From assembly GCA_002104945.1 (NCBI GenBank), contig MCFH01000127.1, forward strand, positions 1 through 33,249: a stretch of 33,249 nucleotides of DNA. Direction: 5' to 3'. This document shows positions 1 to 13,074 of this stretch, one piece after another; within the stretch, counting starts at the first letter, position 1; each line of letters starts with the position of its first letter. This stretch comes from Piromyces finnis finn. Its lineage: Eukaryota > Fungi > Neocallimastigomycota. The notes under the pieces were generated by a model, which was not told where the DNA came from, ran no database searches, and saw nothing but the letters and a program-made list of their open reading frames with translations. Both the position numbers and the translations under genes were made by a program.

Positions 1-658
1 TGATAAGAAAATGAAGAATAAATCTACTAGTAAGTCTTCTTTTGGCTCCTCTTCTCGAGTAAATAGTGGTAGTGGGGGAAACTCTAGTTTTCAGAAGAAA
101 GCCAATATTAATAAGCCTGAAGAATATAGTGAGAGGATTAGTAAAAAATAATACCAATCCTTTCAAAGTTCAATTTTGTTATTTCTGCTGTAACTCTGGT
201 CACATCTGGTCACAAGAAGAGTAGTTGTCCTGAGTATTCTAAATATGAATGTATGAAATATCAAAGATATGATGAGTCGCAGTAAACATAACAATAACTT
301 TGAAGAAGAACACTCTAGTGACTCCGAAAATGATTCTTTAAACTATTAGACGGGAGTGAGCGTTCTCCCGTAAATAATAACGCTCCAGAAGAAATGAAAT
401 ATTATTATGTGGATAGTATCAAAAAGAAGATGTCCTCAGAATCTGAAGTTGAAATTAAACATCCTAAAAAGTAAGCAAAAGAAAAGAAAAAGGTTCATTT
501 AGATGAAATATTGAAGGAGACAAAAAGAAAACTTCTCAAAGTAATACAAAAAACCAAAAAGGAAAATATTACTACCTCTCTGATGAAAGTCTACTTGATA
601 ATATTAATAATTTGGATGCATCAAATCCAAATAATATATTCATTAAGACGCATGATAG
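1..658 (+). pseudogene. gag: gag remnant with CX2CX4HX4C zinc knuckle
   Basis: From 177 reads CYFCCNSGH, then KKSSCP once the 10-bp duplication TCTGGTCACA (195-204/205-214) is removed. Confidence 0.8.
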
Positions 659-1361
659 TTAATAATTAATTAAATAATTATTAAATAATAATTTTGATAT
701 TTTAATGAAAAATTAATTATAAAATTTATTGTATAAATTTTATGGAATAATTAATAAAGATTAATTTTAAATATCAAAGTTAGAAATGAAATTTGGATAA
801 ATATTTAAATTAATGGATAATTAAATTTAAATATTTTAAATATTCAAATTAAATCTTAAAAGTTTTATTTAATTAAAATTAGTTTAATAACTTTAGCGTA
901 GTTTTAAATTAGCATTTTTTTAATAGCAAAGATATAATAAATAGTATTATTAATATTTAATTAATATAGGTAATACATGGACTGTATTCAATTTGTAGTT
1001 TACTCAAATTGAATCAAAAGTGTATTTAATTAGTTTTAGTTTAGTTTTATTATTTTATTATTTAATTAAATTAGTATTAATTTAGTTTTGTTTATTTTCT
1101 ATTGAATATATGTATAATTAAATAGAATAGTATATTAAAGTATATTTTACAAAAATATAAATACATGTAAAAATTTCAAAATAAAACAATGTAATTGTTA
1201 TTGACTATTATTTAGTTAATAACTAAATAAAATTAATAAAAAGAGATATTTAAACATATTTTTTTTTTTTTTTTTTTTTGTTTTTTTTTTATTTTATTTT
1301 TGTGTTTTTGTTTTATTGTAAAATTTTATAATCTGTTTTAAATTTTTATAAAACTTTTACA
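659..1361. mobile_element. Solo LTR, family A (copy A1), 5' end degenerate
   Basis: Homologous to 8178-8985. Ends TTTTACA. Flanks GATAG (654-658) and AATAG (1362-1366) match 4/5. Removing it restores the reading H-D-S-D-S-D-I. Confidence 0.75.
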
Positions 1362-1822
1362 AATAGTGATAGCGATATTAAAAATAATAGTAATGGTGTA
1401 GATCATAAAAATTTTAATAAAGAAGATATTAAAAACTATATTTATGAAGTATCAAATATAAAGAATAATAGTAAGAGTAAGTTTAAAACATCCAAAAAGG
1501 AAATAGATATTAGTACAGAACATAATAAATTAGGAAATAGTAAAATTAAGGAAAGTAGTACTACTCCTAATTTGGAAAGTAATCAAAATAATTATGTTCC
1601 ATACATGGAAAGTAATATATTTGAAATTTGAAAAGAAAATTTTGTCACAAGGCAATTCACGTGATAACATAAATTGTAAGAATATGGCAGACATACCAAA
1701 TGTTGTAAAACAGGAAGAAGTGTCAAATTATAACACCAGACATACGGTGTTAGCAAAAGTTAATAATATGGAACCACATGATATCAGTAAAGATTTGATA
1801 AATACTAAATGTAATATTACAT

Positions 1823-2464
1823 TTGGACAAGTTTTGGACAAGTTTTGGACAAGTTTTGGACATATGTCCAAAATTAAGAAATGAACTATTTAAAAATTTA
1901 AAATTAGACAAAGTTCAATTTATTGGTTCCATTGATAAAGATAAAGGATCATTTCTTTATAATATGAACAATACACACAAGATTCCTAATAATTTTAGAG
2001 AAGACGACCTTGGTGTTGTAGCCTGTTCTGTGGATGGTGTAAATGGGAAATTATTAATTGATTCAGGAAACAATTTGGATTTGGTAACATACAGTTACTT
2101 AAATAGTCTCCCAGGACAGTATAAACTAGTTGGCTTCTGTAGAGGTCGTATATCCGAGACTCTAGATGATAGTACTATTGCTGATGCTATTGTAGTCCGT
2201 TTATGCGTTAAAATAAATAATTATGAATTTGCAGCTGATTTTTGTGTTGTTAAACATAAAGCTACATATTTTGATGTTCTTCTAGGTTTGAAGTCTACTA
2301 CTGATAATGTTTTTTTAATTCATCCTTTTACCAAATCGTCATGTAGGTTTAAAGACATCAATAACTTCGAGAATATTTCTCCATTACTCGAGAATCAAGA
2401 ATTGCCTATTATCACTTGTTTTGTTAAATATATAGGTCCAACCAAGAATTGTTTTTTCTCTTAA
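1823..2464 (+). pseudogene. pol: Aspartic protease region of element 1
   Basis: LLIDSGNNLDLV active-site motif and downstream FDVLLGL flap-like motif. Confidence 0.85.
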
Positions 2465-2511
2465 TTGGGAAGAAGAGATTTCCGATAATGATATGGTTAC
2501 ACCAAATATGA

Positions 2512-3381
2512 ATGTTGGTGCGAAGTCCTTGTCTCCATATGATTATATTAGGTATATTAGGAATCCTGAATTTTTTGTCTGGTTTAGACCCAGCTTATAG
2601 AAAGAATGTTACTAACCTTCTTAGTGAATATATTGATGTGGTAGCTACATCTACAGAAGAATTAACTCCATCTAAATTAAACCTGCACCACATCGAATTA
2701 AAGCCTGGTTCCGTTCCGTTCAAGAGTCGTTTTTATGGTCTGAATAAGGCTAAGTCAGATATTCTCAAGGAAGAGTTATCAAAACTCTTAAATAAAGGAC
2801 TAATTAAACCTTCGAAGTCTTCTTGGTCATCTCTTATTGTTTTAGTCTCAAAGAATAATGGTAAATGGCGCTTGTGTTGTGATTATAGAAAATTAAATGG
2901 TATGACAGTTCCTGACTCATATTCAATTCCAAATATTGATGAGATTTTTCATAGTCTCCATGGCGCAAAGGTATTCTCTACGCTGGACTTGTTCTCTGGT
3001 TACCATTAAATTCTTATGGATGAAGGAAGTAGAGATTTAACTAGTTTTACTACAAAGTTTGGTAACTTTGTATATAAGGTAATACCCTTTGGTCTAACTG
3101 GTGCTCCTGCAGCTTTTCAAAGAAAAATGAATCGAATTCTCTTTGATCTTCTGGGAAATTGTACTTTTGTTTTCATGAATGATGTTCTAATTTTCTCTAA
3201 AAATGAAGAAAATCATATTAAATATATTACACAAGTCCTATCCACTTTTAGGAAACATAAAGTTAAAATCAACATTGAGAAATATTGCTTCTTTAAGGAG
3301 GAGGTGGAGGTGCTAGGACATGTGGTTTCTAAGGATGGGTTAAAAACAATGAAATCAAGAATTGAAGCAATAAAAAATTGA
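2512..3381 (+). pseudogene. pol: Reverse transcriptase of element 1 (disrupted)
   Basis: KWRLCCDYRKLN, FSTLDLFSGYH*, PFGLTGAPAAFQ. Catalytic YxDD decayed to FMND. Stops at 3007 and 3379. Confidence 0.92.
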
Positions 3382-3922
3382 ACAAAACCAGAAAATATTA
3401 GTGAACTCAGATCCTTTCTAGGTACTGTAGGATATTACAGAAAATTTATTAAAGATTATACTAAACTGGCTGCTCCATTAAACAAATTGTTAAGAAAGGA
3501 CGAGCCATATATTTGGGAGAAAGATCAACAAAATAGTTTTAATGTATTAAAGGATGCAATTATTAGTGCACCAATTTTGAGATATCCAGATTATAATAAA
3601 CAATTTATTATTAGGACAGACGCTTGCTTAGACGGTATTGGAGGTGTGCTACTACAAGTGGGTGAAAAAGACAATTTAGAACATCCGATACACTTTGTCA
3701 GTAGAACTCTAACGAAGGCAGAAAGAAATTATAGTATTACTGATCTAGAAGGAACTGCAGTATACTATTGTGCAAAGGAGTTTAAGTACTACATATCTGG
3801 GAATAAATATGAAACTCTTTTATATGCAGACCACAAACCATTAGTAGGTCTGTTTGACAACAAAGAACCAAACAGTATGAGGCACACAAGGTGATACATC
3901 CTCATCCTCATAAGTATGCTGA

Positions 3923-4628
3923 TGTAAAGATATCAAACGCCACAGATTGATATCTTTAATGTAATTTAAGCCATAAATATTACTGTTTAAGTTACACGAA
4001 TTATATTACAGAAAAAGAAAATGGAACATAACTTATTTATCAATAATTTAAGTCTAAAACAAAATAAATTATTAATTTAGTTTTAATGTTTATCAAATAA
4101 ATTAAAATTCTCAATTTAAACCCCTAGCTTTAGTATTGTTTTGTAATAGAAATAGATATATAGTATATAATTATTAAATGATTAACATATCAATAATACA
4201 TGGGCACATATTCAAATTGAATAGTACTTAATTTGAATTGCCAATTGTATTTTACTAAAAATAGTTATAGTTTAAATATTTATTAATAATTAAGATTTTA
4301 GGTGTAGATTTTAAATAATAATATAATATAATATAATATAATATAATATAATATAATATAATATAATATAATATAATATAATATAATATAATATAATATA
4401 ATATAATATAATATAATATAATATAATATAATATAATATAATATAAATGTATTTAGGAAAAATATAAATAGAAGATATTTTTTATCATTTTATCGATGTA
4501 ATTGTTATTAAAAAATTCTATTATAATAAAAGATATTTTTATAAAACAAATTTCTATTTTTATTTTCAATTTAGTGTTATTGTAATAGAACAGATATCTT
4601 AATTTATTCTTTCCATGTTTATATTACA
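3923..4628. mobile_element. Solo LTR, family B (copy B1)
   Basis: TGTAA...TTACA termini; perfect TSD GCTGA (3918-3922, 4629-4633); homologous to 19627-20246. Confidence 0.93.
4318..4445. repeat. (ATATA)n microsatellite inside LTR B1
   Basis: About 25 pure units; not expanded in copy B2. Confidence 0.97.
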
Positions 4629-5449
4629 GCTGAGAATAAAAATTAAATATCAGCAAGGGAAAGAAAACTCTCTAGCGGATGCCTTATCTAGGATTAAAAT
4701 AATCGAAGAAAAAAAAAAAAAACAGGGACAGGAAATAAAGGACAATTCAATAAAAGTCAATCAAATAAAGTTTAAGAAGAAGAAGAAGAATATAGACTTT
4801 AATGCTTGTTGAGACAAACATTTTAATAGCAAAATCAAAAATTTAATTAATTGATATTAATCATAAATTTAAAAATTTACTCAATTTGGAAAAATTGAGG
4901 GAAATTGGAGGGTATATAAAAAATTTGAAATTTGAAAATTTGGAAAATCAAAAATGTGAAATTGGAGAAAGATTTCAATTTAAAATTTATTATATGTATG
5001 ATCAATATATTAGTGAATTGATACATATATTAGATGATATATCTAAATACATTGATAATATATTAGACAATATAAAAATTGGTTCCAATATATATCGATT
5101 AAATCAAAATAAAATAAAAAAATTTTTAATTAAATTAAATGGAAAGTAGATATATTAAAATATATGATAAATCAATTAATACATATAGAAGACAATATAT
5201 TACAATGTAATACAAAATCTGAATCTAAACATGAAATACATAAATCTATGAATTTATGTAAAAATAAGAAACAATTGTACCAACATTATACCAATATATT
5301 AAATTATATGGATAATATATTCAACAATAAGATGAATAGTTACTTAGAGAAGAATTTTAAAATAAACTCAATAAATAAGGGAATTCAGGAAGGTGTTAAT
5401 AGTCCGGTAGCTAATGAAAATGAGAATATGGTTGACCTTACGAAGTCTT

Positions 5450-6185
5450 TTGTTGAGGAAAATATAGTTAAATTAAATGGAAAAAAATATTTTAAGGATA
5501 AAGACTATTACAGAAAAATAATTAGTTTACCAGAAGAAAAATTTAAAATAATATGGAAAGCTCACTCAATAGGACATGAGGGCTTTGAAAAGGATTATGA
5601 AAGTATTAAGAAGAATTATTACTGGAGGGGAATAATGACATAAAGAGAATTATTAAAGGATGTCAAACCATGTCAAACCATGTCAAACCTGCCAGTTAAA
5701 TAAGAAAAATGAAGTGCCAGACCCTACAGAGAAATATGCCACTCTAGTAGAGGCTCCTTTCACTCATTTAGGATTAGACATTATTGGTCCACTCCCTATT
5801 ACTATTACAAGTAGAAATAACCAGTATATTATTGTAAGTGTAGATTATTTTACAAAATGGGTAGAGGCTGAACCTTTAACGACAGTTACAGCAAGAGATG
5901 TAGTCTACTTCCTGACTAGGGTATTTTCCAGGCATGGGATTCCTTCAGTAGTTACAACTGATAATGGGGTTCGGCTTACAGCAGATTATACCAAAATCTT
6001 TCTGGATATGTATGACGTATACATTAAATTTATTGTAACGTATCATCCAGAATCGAACGGACTAACAGAAAATAGAAATAGGGAGATAGGTAAACTACTT
6101 AGACTACTGGGAAGTAAGGAGAAAGATTGGGATTTGGTCTTACCTTCGACTTTATGAGTATTGAGAACTTCGAAGAATACTAGAG
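5450..6185 (+). pseudogene. pol: Integrase of element 1, C-terminally truncated
   Basis: KAHSIGHEG...CQTC (HHCC), GLDIIGPLP, SVDYFTKW, TTDNG, YHPESNGLTENRN. Confidence 0.92.
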
Positions 6186-6392
6186 TTATTAAATGATAAT
6201 TGTAATTTTATAATTATATAAAGTAAATTTTATACTATAAAGCTAACACTTGCAAATGAACAAGTATAAATATCATTTATTCTTATTTTCTTTATTTTAT
6301 TTTATTTAATAAATATAATATATTTAGATACAAGTATTGTCACTTTCTATATTTAATTATAGAATTAAGACAATATCTTCTATGTATCAGCA

Positions 6393-7859
6393 TGTTACGA
6401 TTCGAGGAAATTAATTTGTTTATAAAATATTAATAAACTTATTAATACTCAAAAATAATATTAAAATAAAATGAGAAAAAATTGTTTTATTAATAAGTTT
6501 GTTTTATTAGGATATTAGAATATAAAATTATGAAGATAAAAAAAAGAAAACAATATATATTTCTAGCTCTTATAATACACACTCTTTTATTTTTTTTGTG
6601 GAAATTTAAGTAGTGTTAATTAAAAGAATTAGCATTTAATTATTTACATTAATTTTCTTATTTAAATTAATTTTAAATGAATAATACAATTGCATTACTA
6701 TTATAATAAATAATTATACATATTATTGAATTAATTAACATATATTAAAAGTTTACTTAAATATATTTAACTGAAGAATTATACTATTTTACAGAAATAT
6801 TATTTATAATTTAATTAATAAAAATTCATTAACTTGATAAATTAAACTAAAAGTTCAATAAACTACAATTTTTCAATATATTACGATTACTAAATTTATT
6901 TTTAGGTTTAATAAAATAAAGTTTAGATTTAATAAAATAAAATTTAGATTTAATAAAATAAAATTTAGATTTAATAAAATAAAATTTAGATTTAATAAAA
7001 TAAAATTTAGATTTAATAAAATAAAATTTAGATTTAATAAAATAAAATTTAGATTTAATAAAATAAAATTTAGATTTAATAAAATAAAATTTAGATTTAA
7101 TAAAATAAAATTTAGATTTAATAAAATAAAATTTAGATTTAATAAAATAAAATTTAGATTTAATAAAATAAAATTTAGATTTAATAAAATAAAATTTAGG
7201 TTTAATTATAATTCTAGACTATAATTAAATTAAATAAAGTTTAAATAATATAGAATTTCATTTAATTCATTCAACAATGCTCAATTAAAATTATAATAAA
7301 TAAAAAATTATCAAAAGAAATATTTAGATTAGTTTTAATATATATAAATTAATTAAATCACTAATATTAAAAAATAAGTTAATAATATTTTTCCAAAACC
7401 AAATTGGTTTTTTAATTATTTAATTCAACAAATAATTCTTCATGGTTTTCTTCTAGTCTTTTTTCCTAAAAAAAAAAAAAAAAAAACACCAACTACACTA
7501 GAATCCAATAAAAAGTTATAGAATAACAAGTTATTAATCAATTTAATAAATTAAAATTCTATAATTTAATATTAACAAACAAGCAAACAAACAAACAAAT
7601 AAATAAATAAAACAAAAGGATAAAAGGCTCTTATTTTTCACTCTAGAAAAATAAGAGTTACTATTATAAAAATTTTATAAAGAAATATAACGAATAAAAA
7701 ACTATAACAAAATAAAAATTTCTTAAAAATCATTTTTTAACCCTTTACATCTAAGTGTCTAAATTATATATAAGTATTTTCTTTATTATATTTTATAATA
7801 AACTCTATTTTAGTGTTATCTTAGTTTCCTTTAGTTTGATATTAAAGGAGTTCCTGACA
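6393..7859. mobile_element. Probable LTR, family D-like (copy D0)
   Basis: Shares GGTTTTCTTCTA...TTTTCCTAAA, the CTCTT...AAGAG hairpin and ATAATAAACTC with D1/D2. Candidate ends TGTTA...TGACA; flanks CAGCA and CAAGCA. Boundaries tentative. Confidence 0.55.
6901..7203. repeat. 21-bp minisatellite (TTTAGATTTAATAAAATAAAA), about 14 copies
   Basis: Near-perfect tandem array. Confidence 0.96.
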
Positions 7860-7866
7860 CAAGCAT

Positions 7867-9567
7867 TGTAAGAAATAATAATTATTCTTAATTGAATAAT
7901 TGCTATTTCTTAGTATTTAATAATAATTTATTTAAAACATTATTTTCATATACGCCAATTTTTAAATATGAAATTTATTTATTTATTTATTTATTATACT
8001 TTTAATTTATTTATTTATTTATTATACTTTTAATTTATTTATTTATTTATTTATTTATTATACTTTTAATTTATTTATTTATTTATTTATTATATTTTTA
8101 TATATTTAATTAGCATCGTAAATTTATTTAATTATTAGTCTTTATATACATTTAATTAATACGAATTATTTATTTACTGTAAAGATACAATATATATCTT
8201 TAGAATATTTAATAATTAATAATTAATTATGAAATGATAAATTAATAGTTAGTAAAACTAATTATAAAGTTTTTGGAATAAATTTTATGGAATAATTTAA
8301 TAATTCCGTTAAATTTAAATTAAGATAAATATTTAAATTTAAGGAATAAAAGAATTTTAATTAAATTTAGATTAAGATAAAATATTTAAATTTAAGGAAT
8401 AAAAGAATTTTAATTAAATTTAAATTAAGATAAATATTTTAAATAATCAAAATACTTTTTATTTAAATTTATAATAATTTAATAATTTTAACTTAGTTTT
8501 AAAATAGATTTATTTATATTTCAATATGAAATATATTATGAATAGTATTAATAGTATTAATAATATTAAATTAATTTATAAATAATACATGGGCTTTTTT
8601 CAATTTTGAGTTTACTCAAATTGAATTAAAAGTATAATGAGTTAGTTTTAGTTTAGCTTTATTATTCTATTATTTAATTAGGTTAGTTTTGTTTATTTTA
8701 TATTAAATATATTTTTTATTTAAATAGACTAATATACTAGAATATAATTATGAAAAAATATATATACATATAGTTTTTGTTTGTTAAATCAATGTAATTG
8801 TTATTTTAATTTTTTAATTATTAACTATTATATAGTTAATAATATTTATTAGAGTTTTAAATAAAATGCTTTTTTTTTTTTTTTTTTTAAATAAAAATTT
8901 AATGTTTTATTTTTTTTTATTTTTGTGTTTATAAAAATTGTTTTGTTTTAAGTATAAAATCTGTTTTAAATTTTATACTTTTACATTTACATATTATTAT
9001 TTTATAAATTTAATTTTTATAATTAATATTCCTTATATTTATCATTTTAACGAATTAGTAATTACATATTAATTATATTTTAATTCTTATATTATAGATA
9101 AAATAAAAATCGGTATTTTAAGGTTTTTTCTGATTGCATATTAAGGAAGCATTCGGTTTTACTTAATTTACACGATGATCAATATGATTAGAATATTGAT
9201 CGAAAATCATGTTTAGGTTTTTCTTCTAATTTTTTCCTAAGCATTTTATTTGTTGAGACTAAAGCACACTTTAATTAACCTTATTTTTTTAATAAAAATA
9301 TAAATAGAACACTCTTGAAATTCCAAGAGTTATTATTATAAAAGAATAAATTATAATAAATAACACAAATACATTTTTCATCTTCTTTAAAATAATAAAA
9401 CAAAAAACTTTTCTAATAATAATAATTAATAATCTCAAACTCAGTTTAACTCTTGGTATTTTGTTGTTTATTATAAATCTTTATAATAAACTCGATAAGT
9501 CTTTATTAATTTTTATTTCTTTATTCTAATTTATCAAACTATTATAATATATTGTTATATTACTACA
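7867..9567. mobile_element. LTR, family D (copy D1), interrupted by solo LTR A2
   Basis: Starts TGTAAGAAATAATAATT like 14257; 8991-9567 aligns with D2; ends TACTACA. Flanks (AGCAT/ATATT) do not form a TSD. Confidence 0.8.
8178..8985. mobile_element. Solo LTR, family A (copy A2), nested in D1
   Basis: TGTAAAG...TTTTACA; perfect TSD TTTAC (8173-8177, 8986-8990). Confidence 0.9.
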
Positions 9568-9783
9568 ATATTGATAATTAATATTATATTGTAGTTGTAA
9601 TTTCTTTAAATTATTATAAGAAATAACTAGAAATATTGATACAATATTTTCATAAAGCACCACAAAATAATTTATTTATTTTAGGACAAAGCAAATAGGG
9701 AATTATAAAATAATATATTCTAATAAAGAAAGTTAATAATAGCAATTTCAATATGATTACTAAATAAAATAAAAAGAAAGAAA

Positions 9784-10481
9784 CCTAGATTGTTAATTAA
9801 TTAAATAAATGAAATGAATGAATAAATAAAATTTTAAATAAATATTAATGTATTATTAATTTATTATTAATTTATTAATTAACTTTATTTATTAATAAAA
9901 ATTTTATTTAAAGAAAAAATTTTATTTAAAGAAAAAATTTTATTTAAAGAAAAAATTTTATTTAAAGAAAAAATTTTATTTAAAGAAAAAATTTTATTTA
10001 TTAATTATTATTATTATTAGGTTAAATATTTAGATTAATGAACTCTCGAAATTCCTAATGATAGGAATTTTCTTGAGTGTTTATACTATCTTTAATATTA
10101 AAAGAATATATTTAATATTTAATACATGATTAATTGTTTATATTAATTAACTATTCTATAAATTAAATATATATTAATTATATATAATTATATATGACTA
10201 TTAAATTCGAGTTATATTTAATAATTTTAAAGTCATATTATAAATCATTTTCAGAAGGAATGATTGTTTTATAATTTAATTTTAATTTCCTTCATAATCA
10301 AATGGACAAAGGGGTATTAATTCAAGCATTAATAAATATAAAATTTTAATAATTATAAAATAATAATATCTCTTAAATATTATTTAATACTGTTTTATAA
10401 TAAAATATTCCTAATTAATTAAACAAATAAAACGTTACATTATTTAAATAAATAATCATGAATCCACTATTATTCATGGCA
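9784..10481. mobile_element. LTR, family C (copy C1), inverted relative to C2/C3, about 40 bp missing at left end
   Basis: Reverse complement of 16565-17222; ends ATTCATGGCA; internal ~20-bp unit expanded. Confidence 0.88.
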
Positions 10482-10530
10482 TATTATATGCTAAGTTTTT
10501 GGGTTTGGTTATGCGGCGGTCAGGTCAGAA

Positions 10531-11048
10531 TGTTATTAATTATATAGCAAAATGTTTTTTAAGAAATTTAATTTAATAATAATATAGCACTTAAAACTCC
10601 CCAATAAGAAAAATTAATATTTGTTTTTAAAGTAACTTTTTATAAATTTTTATTTATTTTTTAATAATAATAATATATATTTAATAACTATATACTTAAG
10701 ATTATATCTATAATCTTTACAAAGAATAAGAATCGAATTCAATTCATTCTGTATTATATCCTTTGTTAAGATTATTAAATTGATAAGAATAGCAATAAAG
10801 TATTACATGTGATATATTAATAATATAATATAATAAAGTTGTTTGTTTGTTTGTTTGTTTTTGGTTAAGGGTTATAGTGTATTAACATTAAATTTTTGAA
10901 GTCATAACCCTTTACTGAATCAAATATCAAAAGGTGACTTTTAAAAGTATTTTAAAATAATTATTGAAATTATTTAATTATAACTTTTATGTTTAATTCA
11001 TTATAGACATTATCTGAATTTGTTATAAATCCGGTTAATATCTTCACA
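10531..11048 (-). mobile_element. LTR, family E-like (copy E3)
   Basis: Minus strand starts TGTGAAGAT and shares AAAGTTATA, ACTTTTAAAA and AAAGGGTTA...CAAAAATTTAAT with E1/E2; ends ATAACA followed by TTCTGACC (E2 has TTCTAACC). Strand inferred. Confidence 0.65.
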
Positions 11049-11107
11049 TTATATTGTAGATAATAATTATTAATAAATATATAGTAATAATTATTATATA
11101 ATATAAA

Positions 11108-11607
11108 TGTAAAAGATTTTATTATATATTAGTTAATAAGTTATTATTAAAAGTTAAATTAAGTTAGGTATTACCCCTCTATAAGAGTTGAGTTAATAAC
11201 TAAATAAAGTTTTATAAAAAATAATAAAAGAAAGAAAATAAATATTATACACTAAAATAAATATTAGTAAATAAATATTAATAGTAAATAATTTTTATTT
11301 AAATAATTTTTATAGTTATATCTTTTATTTATTAATTATAATTATTATACATTAATTATTATTATAGTTATTAATTTACTTTAATACTAACGCCAAAGTA
11401 TTTTAGCGTTTGTTTACATTGAACTATTTAACTATACTAGTTTATTTTCTTTACCGCTTGATTGGGTAAAGCTAATAAACTTCCTATTTAAATAATAAAC
11501 ATTAATATATGGTTATGCATAATTTTTAACCAATAAATGCTAACCAGAATATATGGTTTCAATTGAAATATTTGTGGGCAATTTTATGGCCACAAATATT
11601 TCTTATA
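11108..11607 (-). mobile_element. Solo LTR, family T (older copy T1), 13 nt upstream of tRNA-Val
   Basis: Homologous to 23896-24389; TSD ATAAA (11103-11107, 11608-11612); terminal CA mutated to TA. Confidence 0.93.
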
Positions 11608-11620
11608 ATAAACAGTCAAT

Positions 11621-11693
11621 ATCCAAATAGTGTAGTGGTTATCACGTTTCCTTTACACGGAAAAGGTCCCCGGTTCGAACCCGGGTTTGGGTA
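11621..11693 (+). tRNA. tRNA-Val-TAC: tRNA-Val(UAC)
   Basis: Full cloverleaf: acceptor ATCCAAA/TTTGGGT, anticodon stem TTTCC/GGAAA, loop TTTACAC, T-loop TTCGAAC. Confidence 0.97.
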
Positions 11694-11922
11694 ATGATAA
11701 ATATTATTTTAATGAAATATATTTTGATATGAATTTTAAAAATTGCATAAGGATAATATTTAAAGCTGACATACATCCCAAGCTGAATTTTTTTTTTTTT
11801 TCTTTATACTTTTATTTAATAATTTTAATTTAAAATATTTCTAAATTTATTTATTTATTTATATACTATTTAAATAAATAAGTATACTTATTAGAATTTA
11901 AATTTTATCATAACTACAACAA

Positions 11923-12047
11923 CAACTATTATTATTATGATTATGATTATTATTATTATTATTATGATTATTATTATTATTATTATTATTATGATTATGA
12001 TTATTATTATTATGATTATTATTATTATGATTATTATTATTATTATT
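11923..12047. repeat. (ATT/ATG)n microsatellite
   Basis: Interrupted trinucleotide array. Confidence 0.92.
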
Positions 12048-12790
12048 AATATATATTAATATATATAAAATATATAAAATTCTTGATAAATGTTTAAATA
12101 ATATTTTAATATTTTTTTTTCAATTAGTATAAATTGAATTTTGATTTTTAATGATTTTATATATAGATTATTAATATTTAATATTTCATAATTTATTACT
12201 AAACATAACAACTGGAATAATACTATAAAAATACTCTATATATTTTAAATTTTTCAAATATTTGCTTACAAATTAATAAATAATTATTATAATCTATAAA
12301 TTTTCACTAATTAAAAATTTTATATTTTATTTACATAATAGCTTTAGATTTGATTTTGATTAACTTTATGAACTTTTATTATCTTTATACTTATATCATC
12401 TTAATTGTATTTTATTATAAAAGCATAGCTAATATAATATATCTTTTTAATGATTACAAGATATGTTTCATAGCATATAATAAAGTTTTTAAAATGCTAA
12501 TTTTATTAAAGTTTGAATACATGTTTAAAACTTTTTTATTACCAAAAAGATTTGCTTGAAAATATTATATATTTAACATATAACTTTAAAAAGACTTTAT
12601 AAGATTGAATATTCTTAAAAATAATAAAAAAATATTTATTATTTGTAAATAATATAATGATACTTTTAAAAAATCCTTTTATTCTTTTAGTAGAATTAAT
12701 ATAATATAAATTTTTAGTATTTAATATTAGATTTTTAGTAATTACAAAAGTTATTTAAAGAAATATCTCAAATTTTAAATTTCATCTTAT

Positions 12791-13074
12791 AAAAATAAAA
12801 TAAAATAAAATAAAATAAAATAAAATAAAATAAAATAAAATAAAATAAAATAAAATAAAATAAAATAAAATAAAATAAAATAAAATAAAATAAAATAAAA
12901 TAAAATAAAATAAAATAAAATAAAATAAAATAAAATAAAATAAAATAAAATAAAATAAAATAAAATAAAATAAAATAAAATAAAATAAAATAAAATAAAA
13001 TAAAATAAAATAAAATAAAATAAAATAAAATAAAATAAAATAAAATAAAATAAAATAAAATAAAATAAAATAAA
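12791..13074. repeat. (TAAAA)n microsatellite, about 56 copies
   Basis: Pure pentamer array. Confidence 0.98.

Larger units (their letters stand above)
3382..4700 (+). pseudogene. pol: RNase H of element 1, split by solo LTR B1
   Basis: RTDACLDGIGGVL, ERNYSITDLEG, YADHKPL; resumes after 4628 as LRIKIKYQQGKENSLADALSR. Confidence 0.9.
1..6185 (+). mobile_element. Decayed Ty3/gypsy retrotransposon (element 1): gag end, PR, RT, RH, IN; interrupted by two solo LTRs; own LTRs not identified
   Basis: Domain order CCHC knuckle (177-230), DSG protease, RT, RNase H, HHCC/DDE integrase. Multiple stops and frameshifts. Confidence 0.93.

Noticed and set aside
9568-9600. Possible self-priming PBS after D1 (ATATTGAT vs ATCAATAT in the LTR)
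   Set aside because: Only 8-9 A/T-rich nt, easily chance, and a competing local hairpin exists.
9784-9790. CTAG near the C1 end as a Helitron 3' terminus
   Set aside because: Other C copies extend beyond it to TG...CA ends, and C2 has a 5-bp TSD, consistent with an LTR.
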